Counted from the stretch's first letter, positions 19,682 through 30,001 are shown. The stretch: DNA of 64,000 nucleotides from Candidatus Eiseniibacteriota bacterium (GCA_963744995.1 CAVUWA010000010.1:576001-640000); one strand, 5' to 3'. Numbers and translations are program-made. The notes: generated by a model not told the origin, from the sequence alone.

Positions 19682-20938
19682 ATGCGGCGACTCGGGCGCG
19701 CGCCCCTGGTGGTCGGCGCCGTGGCGCTCGCCGCGGCCGCCCTGTCGCTGGCGCCGATGATCATCCGGCACGACGACGACCTGATCCACCGCCCGCCGCC
19801 CGTGCCGCCCCGCGAGATCGTGTTCGACACGCTCGGCCGCGGCATGGCGCTCGCGGACCTGATGGCGGCGAACGGGCTCGACGGGCAGGCGATCTACGAG
19901 ATCACCGAGGTGATCCGCGCCTACAAGAAGCCGCGCACGCTGCGCCCCGGCGCGGTGATGCGCTTCTCCGGTGCGCCCGGGGTGACGCCCGACCGCGTGA
20001 ACCTTCGGATCAATCCGGACACCACGCTGCGCATGATCCGATCCGACTCGACGTGGACGGCGCGCCTCGAGGTCGCGCCGCTCGTCGTGGACACCGTACG
20101 GCTCTCGGGCGTGATCACCTCGAGCCTGTGGAACGCCGAGCTCGGCGGCGACGCGGCGCGGCTCGAGCCCGGTGGGTTCCAGGAGATGGTCTACGACCTC
20201 GCCGACGTCTTCGCCTGGAAAGTGGACTTCACCCGCGACATCCGCACGGGCGACGCGTTCCGCGTGGCGATCGAGCGCGAGGTGCGCCCCGACGGTTCGG
20301 TGAAGAGCCGCCACTTCCTCGCGGTCGAGCTCGTCAATCAGGGCAAGGTGTGGCAGGCGATTCCGTACCCGCGCGAGGGCGGGCGGATCGCCTTCTTCGA
20401 CCCCGAAGGCGGCTCGCTGCGCGGCGCGTTCATGCGCTACCCCGTGCCCTATCGGATCACCAGCGGATTCTCGCGGCACCGCTACCACCCGATCCTCAAG
20501 CGCTATCGCGCCCACCAGGGCACCGACTATGGCGCACCCCGGGGCACGCCGGTGCACGCGACCGCCTCGGGGACCGTGACGCGCGCCGGCTGGTGGGGCG
20601 GCTACGGGCGCGCGGTGGAGATCCGCCACATGAACGGCATCCGCACGCGCTACGCACATCTGAGCGCGATCGCGGCCGGCATTCATCCCGGAGCGCGCGT
20701 CGGCCAGGGGCAGGTGATCGGCCGCGTCGGTTCGACGGGACTCGCAACGGCGCCACACCTCCACTACGAGTTCCTGCAGAACGGCGCGCACCGCAATCCC
20801 ATGTCGGTGAGCCTGCCGGCCGAGCCCGGGCTCGAAAAGGAGCGCATGGCCGATTTCCGCCGCCGCCGTGACCTCGCGCTCGCGCTGCTCCACGGCGTCC
20901 GGCCGCCGGGCACACCGCTCGCGTCGGCGAAGCCCTGA
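19682..20938 (+). CDS. M23 family peptidoglycan metallo-endopeptidase (MepM-like)
   Basis: 'HQGTDY' (HxxxD), 'RYAHLS', 'TAPHLHYE' (HxH); N-terminal TM. Confidence 0.92.
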   Translation: MRRLGRAPLVVGAVALAAAALSLAPMIIRHDDDLIHRPPPVPPREIVFDTLGRGMALADLMAANGLDGQAIYEITEVIRAYKKPRTLRPGAVMRFSGAPGVTPDRVNLRINPDTTLRMIRSDSTWTARLEVAPLVVDTVRLSGVITSSLWNAELGGDAARLEPGGFQEMVYDLADVFAWKVDFTRDIRTGDAFRVAIEREVRPDGSVKSRHFLAVELVNQGKVWQAIPYPREGGRIAFFDPEGGSLRGAFMRYPVPYRITSGFSRHRYHPILKRYRAHQGTDYGAPRGTPVHATASGTVTRAGWWGGYGRAVEIRHMNGIRTRYAHLSAIAAGIHPGARVGQGQVIGRVGSTGLATAPHLHYEFLQNGAHRNPMSVSLPAEPGLEKERMADFRRRRDLALALLHGVRPPGTPLASAKP

Positions 20939-20987
20939 CGCCCACGGCGCGCGGTGCGATGGCCCCGGCAGGTGCGGGCGATCGGCT

Positions 20988-21926
20988 TCAGTCGCGGACG
21001 GTGAACGCCTGCGGCAGCGACACGTTCTCGAGCAGCAGCGTCGCCTCGCTGACCGCCGAGGTCGGCGGATCGGCCGCGGTGAGGCCGTCCCGCTCGTAGA
21101 CGTAGACCGGTCCGACGCCGGGAGCCCACACCACGCGGCCGTAGTCGAACCTCCGCGTGTAGCCGAACACGCTGCCGTTCTCGTCGGTCACTGCCGTGAC
21201 GCCGTAGTCCATGAGGTAGTGGACGTCGAGCGCGTCCTCCCTGCGGAATCCCGCGACGTCGACGTTCACCGTCTGCCAGGCCCGGGCGCGCATCACGACG
21301 TCATCGGCGAGCCCGGGCAGCAGACGGGCCTGCCACGCGGTGCGGTCGGCCAGCGAACCGTCGAGATAGATCCACACCGGCTCGGTGGACGCTTCTCCAT
21401 AGAGCCCGATCCGCGAGCCGTCGAGCCGCCATGTTCCACCCCGAAGCAGCCGCGGCACCCCGAACACGCCGTTCGCGGCGGCCGTGCCGGGCGGGCGGGC
21501 GCGCGTGGCCACGGGGATCGGGTACGGCGTGACCGCGGCCAGCAGCGCCTGGCCGCGAACCCCCGAACCCGTCGTCATGCTGTCCTGAAAGGTGAGCACG
21601 TAGCCGCTGGTCGTTTCCTGGACGAGCGTGAACGACGGCGGCGTTTCGAGCAGGGCCGCGACCTGATCGAGGGTCACCCCGGGCACCTCGCCGGGGGTCG
21701 GGTACACCACGGTGGAAGGCGTGGTTGCGGCCCGCGCCACGAAGCGGTACTCGAACGCGCGTCCGTTCTCGTGCGGCCAGGCGTCGGCCGCGGCGATCGG
21801 GATGATCGGGTTCGTCCCGGCCGGTGCCGTCGGCGCATCATCCTTCCCGCAGCCGGCCGTGAGCAGGATCGCGCATGCGAGCCACGCCGCGCCCGCGGTC
21901 CTCGCCGGAATCCGGATCTCGCCCAT
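20988..21926 (-). CDS. Hypothetical lipoprotein
   Basis: Lipobox 'LTAGC'; beta-rich body ending in 'VWAPGVGPV'. Confidence 0.65.
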   Translation of the reverse strand: MGEIRIPARTAGAAWLACAILLTAGCGKDDAPTAPAGTNPIIPIAAADAWPHENGRAFEYRFVARAATTPSTVVYPTPGEVPGVTLDQVAALLETPPSFTLVQETTSGYVLTFQDSMTTGSGVRGQALLAAVTPYPIPVATRARPPGTAAANGVFGVPRLLRGGTWRLDGSRIGLYGEASTEPVWIYLDGSLADRTAWQARLLPGLADDVVMRARAWQTVNVDVAGFRREDALDVHYLMDYGVTAVTDENGSVFGYTRRFDYGRVVWAPGVGPVYVYERDGLTAADPPTSAVSEATLLLENVSLPQAFTVRD

Positions 21927-22029
21927 GCGCCGAGTCTACTCCCCGGGCGGCCGCGGGGCAGCGGAGGACCGCCGCCTTGCCACAGCCCGCTCGAACCGGG
22001 CATGCTCCACGGTTGTGAGAGGACTCCCC

Positions 22030-22434
22030 GTGCAGGCACATGCGACGTTTTCGATCGACCCGTGGGACGAGCAGCCCGGCGAGCGGATTCCGGGCGGCCA
22101 TGACCTGAGCCGCGCCACCGTGCGCAGGACCTTCCGCGGCGACCTCGAAGGCACCAGCGCCGCGGGGTTGCTCATGTCGAAGGGCGAGGATGGCAGCGCC
22201 GCCTGCGTGGCGATGGAGCGGATCGAAGCGCGCCTCGCGGGGCGCACCGGGACGTTCGTCCACATGCACGCCGCGATTGCGGATGCCGGCGGCCGGCACG
22301 GCGACTGGCGGGTCGTTCCCGGGCCGGCCACCGGGGGACTCGAGGGCCTGAGCGGCCGGGCGGAATACCGTCACGACGAGGCCGGCGCCACATTCACCAT
22401 GGACTACGCACTCGAAGGGAGCGAAGCAGGATGA
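22030..22434 (+). CDS. DUF3224 family protein
   Basis: GTG after GAGAGGA; 'TFRGDLEGTS', 'LAGRTGTFV', 'VVPGPATGGLEGLSG'. Confidence 0.8.
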   Translation: MQAHATFSIDPWDEQPGERIPGGHDLSRATVRRTFRGDLEGTSAAGLLMSKGEDGSAACVAMERIEARLAGRTGTFVHMHAAIADAGGRHGDWRVVPGPATGGLEGLSGRAEYRHDEAGATFTMDYALEGSEAG

Positions 22435-23747
22435 GCAACGAAGAACGACAGGGGCCCGAAGAGGCGACCGAGCGCGACGAGGACGCGCCATCGGCGGAAT
22501 TCGCGCAGGCCCTCGAAGCCTACGAACGGGATTCGGGCAAGGGCGCGCCCCCGTCCACCGACATCCAGCCCGGCATGAAGGTCAAGGGCACGATCGTCAC
22601 TATCGGGGACGAGTGGCTGACGATCGACTTCGGTGGCCGCAGCGAAGGCGTCGCGAAGGCGCAGGCCTTCCGCAACGAAGACGGCACGCTGCGGGTCGCG
22701 GTCGGCGACGCGCTCGACATGTTCGTCGTGGAAAGCGGCGACCAGATCGTCCTCGCCTCCTCCATGCGTACGGAGGGCCACGACGCGTCGCGCCAGCTGC
22801 GTGAGGCGAAGGCCTCCGGGCTCCCTGTGACGGGTCGCGTCACGGGCGTCAATGCCGGCGGCCTCGAGGTACAGCTCGGCGGCTCGCGCGGCTTCTGCCC
22901 GATGTCCCAGATCGAATCCGGGTTCTGCGAGGACCCGACCGTGTACGTCGGCCGGTCGCTCGAGTTCCTCGTCACCTCGATCGAGGAGGGCCGCGGCAAC
23001 GCGGTCCTGTCGCGCAAGAAGCTGCTGCGCCGCGAGGAACAGGCGAAGGCGAAGCAGATGCTCGCGAGCCTCAAGCCGGGCGACGAAATCGACGGCGCGG
23101 TCGCGCGCCTCGAGCCCTTCGGCGCGTTCGTGGACCTCGGCGGAGTCGACGGCCTCGTCCATGTTTCCGAAATCAGCCACGAGCACGTGGGCCATCCGAA
23201 TCAGGCGCTGAAGCCGGGCGACAAAGTGCACGTGAAGGTGCTGCGCATCGAGAAGGACAAGAAGGGCCGGATGCGCATCGGGCTCTCGATCAAGGCCTGC
23301 GCGCCCGATCCGTGGGAATCCGTCGCCGCGCGCTTCCCCGCCGGCACGCGGGTGAGCGGCACGGTCGCGCGACTCACCGACTTCGGCGCGTTCGTCACGC
23401 TCGCCCCCGGAATCGACGGACTCATCCACGTCTCGCAGGCCGCGGACCATCGCGTCGAGCACGTGCGCGAAGTCCTGAAGCCCGGCCAGCCGGTCGAGGT
23501 CCACGTGCTGAACGTGGACCCCGCGCGGCGCCGCGTCTCGCTGTCTTTGCGCGAGAGCCCCGAGGCCTCGAAGGCGACGCTCGACGTTCCGCCTGCGCGC
23601 TCGAGGTCCGCGAAGAAGCACGGCTCGCGCGGCGGTGCGCAGGGTGGCACGCACGAGAAGCCGCCTGCGAAGAAGGAGCCCGAAGAGCTCACGACGATGG
23701 CGATCGCGCTGCGCAAGGCGATGGCCGAGGCGAAGCGCAAGCAGTAA
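22431..23747 (+). CDS. S1 RNA-binding domain protein (four S1 repeats; ribosomal protein S1 paralog)
   Basis: Repeats 'FGAFVDLGGVDGLVHVSEIS' and 'FGAFVTLAPGIDGLIHVSQ'; 'RGFCPMSQI'. Confidence 0.9.
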   Translation: MSNEERQGPEEATERDEDAPSAEFAQALEAYERDSGKGAPPSTDIQPGMKVKGTIVTIGDEWLTIDFGGRSEGVAKAQAFRNEDGTLRVAVGDALDMFVVESGDQIVLASSMRTEGHDASRQLREAKASGLPVTGRVTGVNAGGLEVQLGGSRGFCPMSQIESGFCEDPTVYVGRSLEFLVTSIEEGRGNAVLSRKKLLRREEQAKAKQMLASLKPGDEIDGAVARLEPFGAFVDLGGVDGLVHVSEISHEHVGHPNQALKPGDKVHVKVLRIEKDKKGRMRIGLSIKACAPDPWESVAARFPAGTRVSGTVARLTDFGAFVTLAPGIDGLIHVSQAADHRVEHVREVLKPGQPVEVHVLNVDPARRRVSLSLRESPEASKATLDVPPARSRSAKKHGSRGGAQGGTHEKPPAKKEPEELTTMAIALRKAMAEAKRKQ

Positions 23748-23819
23748 CCACTGCCGGGCGTGGCGGCCCGACCAGGCGGCCGCCGCCCGCTGCGGGCGTG
23801 GCGCCGCGCGGCCGCCGGG

Positions 23820-24248
23820 TCAGGCCTTCACGAGTCCCACGTCGAGCGTCATCGGCACCGCGGCCAGCGCGCGCGAGACGATGCAGCCGGTTTTGGTCTC
23901 CTCCGCCACGCGCTCGAATTCCGCGGGATCGAGCCCCGGCACGTCGCCGCGCGTGACGAGGTCGATGCGGGTGATCGAGAAACCCTTGTCGTCCTTTTCG
24001 AGGTTCACGGTCGCGGTCGTGAAGACACTCTTCACCGTGTGACCCGCGCCCGCGAGCGCGGCGGCCAGCGCCATCGAGAAGCAGCCGGCATGGGCGGCTC
24101 CGATCAGCTCCTCCGGGTTCGTGCCGGGACCGTCTTCGAACCGGCTCGCAAAAGCGTACGGGCCTTCAAAGGCGCCGCTGGCGAGCTTGACGCGGCCCTT
24201 GCCGCTCTTGAGATCTCCGCTCCAGCGGGCTTCCGAGGTGCGCTTCAT
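23820..24248 (-). CDS. osmC: OsmC family peroxiredoxin
   Basis: 'GTNPEELIGAAHAGCFSMAL' and 'CIVSRAL'; AGGAGG RBS. Confidence 0.95.
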   Translation of the reverse strand: MKRTSEARWSGDLKSGKGRVKLASGAFEGPYAFASRFEDGPGTNPEELIGAAHAGCFSMALAAALAGAGHTVKSVFTTATVNLEKDDKGFSITRIDLVTRGDVPGLDPAEFERVAEETKTGCIVSRALAAVPMTLDVGLVKA

Positions 24249-24476
24249 GAGATGCCTCCTGTGGATGGAACTGCGTCGATCGCGGCCCTGACGTCGCTGC
24301 CAACCTAGCATCGAGGCGCCGCGGCGACGAACGGCCTCCGGCGCCCGCGCGAACGGCCTTTTCGGCTGCGCTGCACGGACCGTTCGGTCTAAGATGCACG
24401 GCTGGCCCGCGTCTCCGTCGCCCTTTCCCCGGACGCGCTTCCCCGCGCTCCGGGCGACACTCCTGGAGGCCCGTTC

Positions 24477-27400
24477 ATGAATCGCCTTTGCCACGTCCGC
24501 GGCGCGCGCACGCTCGCCGCTGCGTTCGCGCTCGCCCTGTCGTTCTCCGCCGCTTCCGCCGCGCCGCCCACCGGCGCGACGAACGCGGACGCCGGCGAAA
24601 AACCCGGTCCCTACAGGGGCCTCGAGCTGCGCTGTATCGGCCCGGCGTTCACGTCGGGCCGCATCGCCGACATCGCGATCGAGCCCGGCCGCCCGGACAC
24701 CTGGTACGTGGGCGTCGGCAGCGGCGGGGTGTGGAAGACCACGAATTGCGGGACGACCTGGAAGCCGATCTTCGAGCACGAGGGTTCGTATTCGATCGGT
24801 TGCGTCTCGATCGATCCGCAGCACCCGGAGATCGTGTGGGTCGGCACCGGCGAGAACGTCGCCGGCCGCCACGTCGGCTATGGCGACGGCGTCTACCGCA
24901 GCCTGGACGGCGGCGCCACCTGGAAGAACATGGGCCTGGCGAAGTCGGAACACATCGGGCGGATCGTGATCGATCCGCACGACTCGGACGTCGTCTACGT
25001 CGCCGCACAGGGACCGCTGTGGTCGGCGGGGGGCGACCGCGGCCTTTTCAAGACTGCGGACGGCGGGGCGACCTGGAACAGGGTCCTGGGCGGTGGCGAC
25101 TTCACCGGGGTCAATGACGTCATCATGGATCCGCGCGACCCGGACGTGCTCTACGCCTCGACGTACCAGCACTACCGCGACGTGGCGGCGCTCATCGACG
25201 GCGGACCGGAGTCGGCGATCTACAAGTCCGTCGACGGCGGCGCCCACTGGCGCAAGCTGACGCAGGGCCTGCCGAAGGAACAGATGGGGCGGATCGGCCT
25301 CGCGATCTCGCCGCAGCAGCCGGACGTGATCTACGCGACAATCGAGCTCGCTCACAAGAAGGGCGGCTTCTGGCGCTCGGCCGACGCGGGCGGCAGCTGG
25401 GAGAAGCGCAGCGACCACGTCGCGGGCGGCACCGGACCGCACTACTACCAGGAGATCTTCGCGAGCCCGCACGCGTTCGACCGCGTCTACCACACCGAGG
25501 TCGAGCTGCACGTCACCGAGGACGGCGGCCGCACGTTCCGTAACATCCATGGCCGCTTCAAGCACGTCGACAACCACGCGGTCGCGTTCAGACCCGACGA
25601 CCCCGACTACCTGCTGGTCGGCTGCGACGGCGGCCTCTACGAGAGCTGGGATCTCGGCGCGACCTGGAAGTTCGTCGCCAACCTGCCCGTCACCCAGTTC
25701 TACAAGATCGCAGTGGACGACGCTGCGCCTTTCTACAACGTGTACGGCGGCGCCCAGGACAACAACACGCAGGGCGGCCCGTCACGCACCGACAACCGGC
25801 ACGGCATCCGCAACAGCGACTGGTTCGTGACCTTCGGCGGTGACGGCTACATGCCCGCCACCGATCCTTCGAACCCGGACATCGTCTACTCCGAGCTGCA
25901 GGAAGGGACCCTCGTGCGTTTCGATCGCCGCACGGGCGAGACGGTGCTCATCCAGCCGCAGCCCGGCCCCGGCGAAGCGACCGAGCGCTTCGCCTGGGAC
26001 GCGCCCATCGAGGTGAGTCCGCACGATCCGGCGACGCTCTACTACGCGAGCCAGCGGGTGTGGCTGAGCCACGATCGCGGCGACAGCTGGACGCCGATCA
26101 GCGGCGATCTCACCCGCGGCCTGGACCGCTTGAAGCTGCCGATGATGGGCCGCGTCTGGGGCTTCGACGCCGTCTGGGACGTCTCGGCCATGTCCAAGTA
26201 CGGCACGATCACCGCGCTCGAGCAGTCGCCGCTCGATCCGGATCTGCTCTACGCCGGAACCGACGACGGGCTGATCCAGGTCACCGAGGACGGCGGCAAG
26301 AGCTGGCGCCGGATCGACCGGCTGCCCGGCGTGCCGGGATTCTTCTTCGTCAACGACCTCAAGGCCGATCTCCACGATCGCAACACGGTCTACGCCGCAG
26401 TGGATGCCCACAAGCAGGGCGATTTCTCGCCGTACCTGCTCAGGAGCGCCGATCGCGGCCGCAGCTGGAAGCGCATCACCACCGGCATTCCGGACCGCGC
26501 GATCGTGTGGCGGGTGGTGCAGGATCACGTGGATCCGAAGCTGATGTTCGCCGGCACCGAGTTCGGCCTCTACTGCACCGTCGACGGCGGGGCGACGTGG
26601 AACGCGCTCGACGGCGGCGTGCCGCACATCCCGTTCCGCGACGTGGCGATTCAGCGGCGCGAGAACGACCTCGTCGCGGGCAGCTTCGGCCGCGGCATCT
26701 ACATCCTCGACGATTACACGCCGCTGCGCGACGTCGCGGACGGCGCGCTCGACAGGGCCGCGGCGCTGTTCCCGGTGCGGAAGGCCTGGTGGTACGTGCC
26801 GCGGCGCGTCATCGGTTACGACGAGAAGGGCAGCCAGGGCGATGCGTTCTTCACCGCGCCCAACCCGCCGTTCGGTGCGGTGTTCACCTACCATCTGCAC
26901 GACGCGCTGCACTCGCGCAGGGAGATGCGGCAGGAGAAGGAAAAGAAGATCGCGCAGCAGGGGGGCGATGCGCCCTACCCCGGCTGGGATGCGCTGCGCG
27001 ACGAGTCGCTCGAGATGGACCCCGAGATCCTGCTCACGGTGCGTGACGCCGGAGGACAGGTGGTCCGGAAGATCACCGGGCCCGCGAACGCCGGCTTCCA
27101 CCGGGTGGCCTGGGATCTCCGGCTGCCGCCGGTGGATCCCGCGCCGCGAGGGGAGTCGGGCCCCGAAGAGGAGGGGCCGCGCCGCCCGGACGGCGCACTG
27201 GCGGCGCCCGGCACGTACTCCGTGAGTCTCGCCAGGGTGGTGGACGGCGTGGTGACCGACCTGGGCGAGTCGCAGACGTTCGAGGTCGTGCCGCTCCGCA
27301 AAGGCACGCTGCCGGGCGCTTCCCCCGCGGATGCCGCCGCGTTCCTCGCCGAGGTCGCGGATCTCGACCGCCTGATCCAGGGCGCCGGCGCCCTGATCGG

Positions 27401-27794
27401 CGAAACCGGGCATCGCATCGAGGGCATGCGGGATGCGCTGCTGCGCTCGTCGCTCGACGATCCGTTGCTGCTCCAGCAGGTGGACGCGCTGCGCCGGCGC
27501 CTCGCCGGGATTCAGATGGAGCTCTCGGGTGACGCCACGCGCCGCCGCTACGGCGATGACGGGCCGGTACCGGTAACGGGCCGGATCACGGTCGTGAAGC
27601 GGATCACCGGCGCCTCGACCTACGGACCGACCCCGACCGCACGCACGAGCCTGGACCTCGCCCGGCGCCAGTTCGAAGCCGTGCGCGCGGATCTCACGCA
27701 GCTGGTCGAAACCGACCTGCCGGCGCTCGAGAAACGGCTCCAGGCCGCAGGGGCGCCGTGGACCCCGGGGAGTGGCGTGCCGCGCCCGCGCTGA
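24477..27794 (+). CDS. Secreted VPS10/sortilin-like BNR (Asp-box) repeat beta-propeller protein ('glycosyl hydrolase')
   Basis: Signal peptide; 'SGRIADI', many S-x-D-G-G-x-T-W Asp-boxes, 'HVDNH', 'GGAQDN'. Confidence 0.9.
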   Translation: MNRLCHVRGARTLAAAFALALSFSAASAAPPTGATNADAGEKPGPYRGLELRCIGPAFTSGRIADIAIEPGRPDTWYVGVGSGGVWKTTNCGTTWKPIFEHEGSYSIGCVSIDPQHPEIVWVGTGENVAGRHVGYGDGVYRSLDGGATWKNMGLAKSEHIGRIVIDPHDSDVVYVAAQGPLWSAGGDRGLFKTADGGATWNRVLGGGDFTGVNDVIMDPRDPDVLYASTYQHYRDVAALIDGGPESAIYKSVDGGAHWRKLTQGLPKEQMGRIGLAISPQQPDVIYATIELAHKKGGFWRSADAGGSWEKRSDHVAGGTGPHYYQEIFASPHAFDRVYHTEVELHVTEDGGRTFRNIHGRFKHVDNHAVAFRPDDPDYLLVGCDGGLYESWDLGATWKFVANLPVTQFYKIAVDDAAPFYNVYGGAQDNNTQGGPSRTDNRHGIRNSDWFVTFGGDGYMPATDPSNPDIVYSELQEGTLVRFDRRTGETVLIQPQPGPGEATERFAWDAPIEVSPHDPATLYYASQRVWLSHDRGDSWTPISGDLTRGLDRLKLPMMGRVWGFDAVWDVSAMSKYGTITALEQSPLDPDLLYAGTDDGLIQVTEDGGKSWRRIDRLPGVPGFFFVNDLKADLHDRNTVYAAVDAHKQGDFSPYLLRSADRGRSWKRITTGIPDRAIVWRVVQDHVDPKLMFAGTEFGLYCTVDGGATWNALDGGVPHIPFRDVAIQRRENDLVAGSFGRGIYILDDYTPLRDVADGALDRAAALFPVRKAWWYVPRRVIGYDEKGSQGDAFFTAPNPPFGAVFTYHLHDALHSRREMRQEKEKKIAQQGGDAPYPGWDALRDESLEMDPEILLTVRDAGGQVVRKITGPANAGFHRVAWDLRLPPVDPAPRGESGPEEEGPRRPDGALAAPGTYSVSLARVVDGVVTDLGESQTFEVVPLRKGTLPGASPADAAAFLAEVADLDRLIQGAGALIGETGHRIEGMRDALLRSSLDDPLLLQQVDALRRRLAGIQMELSGDATRRRYGDDGPVPVTGRITVVKRITGASTYGPTPTARTSLDLARRQFEAVRADLTQLVETDLPALEKRLQAAGAPWTPGSGVPRPR

Positions 27795-27821
27795 ACGTCC
27801 ATCGGGCGCTGAAACCGACCG

Positions 27822-27885
27822 GGCCACCGGAGCGATCCGGTGGCCTCGATGTGTGGCGGGTGCACCCGGTCGCGCGACCGGGTGC
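27822..27885. terminator. Two perfect hairpins between convergent genes (probable bidirectional terminator)
   Basis: GGCCACCGGA-GCGA-TCCGGTGGCC (27822-27845) and the 24-bp perfect palindrome GCACCCGGTCGCGCGACCGGGTGC (27862-27885). No clear U-tract. Confidence 0.5.
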
Positions 27886-27953
27886 TGCCATCATGGTCAG
27901 ATGGGCGAAGCGATGGAACGGGACCGGGAACGGGATCGCGACGCGCGGCGGCC

Positions 27954-28184
27954 TCAGTTCGGCGCGTCTTCGTCCTCGTCCTGATCTTCTTCTTCCCCGG
28001 TCTCGCTCTCCGGAGCGTCGATTTCGACGATGTCGCCGAACTCGTTCACCCGCGCCATCATGCCGTCGAGCCCGGCGCCGCCTTCCTGGCGCTTGGACTC
28101 GCGCCGCGCCCGCTTGGCGGCGGCTTTCGCGTTGCGCTTCTGTTCCTTCTGCCGTTTCAAGAACGAGGGTCTCTGTCTTGCCAG
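27954..28184 (-). CDS. Small basic/acidic protein (76 aa), probably initiated at CTG; resembles the N-terminal extension of Bacteroidota cold-shock proteins
   Basis: GGGAGG, 6 nt, then CTG GCA AGA CAG...; translation (M)ARQRPSFLKRQKEQKRNAKAAAKRARRESKRQEGGAGLDGMMARVNEFGDIV...EEEDQDEDEDAPN. Confidence 0.65.
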   Translation of the reverse strand: MARQRPSFLKRQKEQKRNAKAAAKRARRESKRQEGGAGLDGMMARVNEFGDIVEIDAPESETGEEEDQDEDEDAPN

Positions 28185-28340
28185 GCCGTGCCTCCCTTCG
28201 CGCCGCCCCGATGCACCCTGCGCCACGCGGAGTGCGGGCGGGGACACGGGACATGAAGACCATGCACTGTAACACCGATCCGCCCCGCCAGTCTCACGGC
28301 GCCGCCGGCCGGCCCCGGGGTGCACCCTGCGGGGTCCGCG

Positions 28341-29192
28341 TCAGCGCGGGAACGGCCCGGATCCGGCGTGCGGCCGGGCCGGCCTGCGCTCCGCGGGCGC
28401 CCGCTTCTTCATCTGCAGGCCGAAACCGACGATCCACGCCCGCTCCTGCCCCGGCAGGCCGCGGCCCGACTTGAACACGCTGCCGCCGCTCTGCTCGTAA
28501 CGCAGGTCGATCGTAAGCCGGCCGTAGCGCATCGGGAAGGCGGCCCCCGCGCCGGCGGTCCAGCCGAGGTTCGCGCGGCTGAGATTGCCCGCGAAGAAGT
28601 CGTGCACGTAGCGGTTGCCCGAATAGTCGCCGTAGACGAGCAACGCGGGGACGACCCCGCCGAGCACGTGCGGGGTGACGGTCCACGGCCCGAGCTCGAG
28701 CCGCGCGACGAGCGGCGTGCGCAGCTCGACCAGCGACAGGGTGCCGCGAAACTCGCCGATCTTCCTGACGTAGGAATTGCCGAAATTGTCGTAGACGGTG
28801 CCGAAGAACGGATCGACGAAGTTGCCGCCGCGCACCGCGACGATCGCCTGCGGCTCGATCGAAAGCCGGCCGATCCGGCGCGTCGCGAACAGGCCGACGT
28901 CGAAGCTTACGAACGAACCGTCGGACGAATCCTCCAGCGACTTCGTGAACACCGTGGCCCCCGCGCCGCCGCGCCAGCCCCACGACCATCCACGGAGCAG
29001 CGGGGAGCCGGCGTCGGCCGTGACGGAGCCGTGGTCCGCACGCGGCGCCGCCCTTTCCGCCGTCGAGTCCGCGGGCGGGGCGACCGCCTGCCATTCCCCG
29101 TGCGGGGCGGCGGGCGCCGCCACGGCGGGTCCGGGGTGGCCGGACAGCAGGGCACAGCACAGCAACGGGATCACCAGGCGGGCATCGGGCAT
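28341..29192 (-). CDS. Outer-membrane beta-barrel protein (porin/PorT-like OMP_b-brl)
   Basis: Signal peptide; alternating amphipathic strands 'WGWRGGAG', 'LSIEPQ', 'LTIDLRYEQ', 'WIVGFGLQM'. Confidence 0.6.
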   Translation of the reverse strand: MPDARLVIPLLCCALLSGHPGPAVAAPAAPHGEWQAVAPPADSTAERAAPRADHGSVTADAGSPLLRGWSWGWRGGAGATVFTKSLEDSSDGSFVSFDVGLFATRRIGRLSIEPQAIVAVRGGNFVDPFFGTVYDNFGNSYVRKIGEFRGTLSLVELRTPLVARLELGPWTVTPHVLGGVVPALLVYGDYSGNRYVHDFFAGNLSRANLGWTAGAGAAFPMRYGRLTIDLRYEQSGGSVFKSGRGLPGQERAWIVGFGLQMKKRAPAERRPARPHAGSGPFPR

Positions 29193-29307
29193 GCCGGGAG
29201 AGTACGCCCGGACCCGCTCGCGTGCATCCATGCCCGGTTTGCCCGCCCGGTGCGCAACCCGGAGCGTCCTCCGCACGTATTCCCGCCACCACTCAGGGGA
29301 GACCTGC

Positions 29308-29976
29308 ATGAATCAGATCGAGCGCCTGTTGCCCGTCATCGCTTCCTACGGAACCTGGATTCTCGCTGCGCTGCTCACGCTGTCGATCCTCGGCGTCTGG
29401 AGACTCGGCCGCGGCCGCCGCTTCCTCGTCCCGGCACGCTGGCCGGGACGCCTCGCCGCCGGCGGACTCCTGGGGGCGGCGCTGGTCGCCGCGGGCGGAC
29501 TGTTCCTCGTGCTCGGGCCCATGCGGCCCGTGCTCGACCAGGTGCGCTACGTGCGGTCGATCGTCAACCGCCCTGCGGAGGACGCCGTGTTCCGCGAGGT
29601 CGGCAGCGATGCGGTGCACCACCTGAGCGAGCTGCGCGGCCGCGTCGTGCTGCTGAACCTGTGGGCGACGTGGTGCCCGCCCTGCCGCCACGAGCTGCCC
29701 GACATCGATCGCCTGCAGAAGGCGCACGAAGGCGACGGCCTCACGGTGGTCACCGTTTCCACCGAAGAGCGCCAGGTGTTGCAGACGTTCGCGGCGCAGC
29801 ACCCGTTCGGCACGCTCAACGTCTACACGCCACGCATCGACTGGCTCGACGTGCCGGGCCGGCCGCTGAGCCTCGTCATCGACCGCGACGGCATCGTGCG
29901 CGGGGTGTTCGTCGGCGCGCGCAGCTACGGCGAGTTCGAGCCGGCGATCGAGCCGTGGATTCGGAAGCACTCGTAG
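29308..29976 (+). CDS. Membrane-anchored TlpA/ResA family thiol-disulfide oxidoreductase
   Basis: Two N-terminal TMs; 'LRGRVVLLNLWATWCPPCRHELP', 'VIDRDG'. Confidence 0.9.
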   Translation: MNQIERLLPVIASYGTWILAALLTLSILGVWRLGRGRRFLVPARWPGRLAAGGLLGAALVAAGGLFLVLGPMRPVLDQVRYVRSIVNRPAEDAVFREVGSDAVHHLSELRGRVVLLNLWATWCPPCRHELPDIDRLQKAHEGDGLTVVTVSTEERQVLQTFAAQHPFGTLNVYTPRIDWLDVPGRPLSLVIDRDGIVRGVFVGARSYGEFEPAIEPWIRKHS

Positions 29977-30001
29977 CGCACCGCCGCCGGCCCGCCGCGC
30001 A

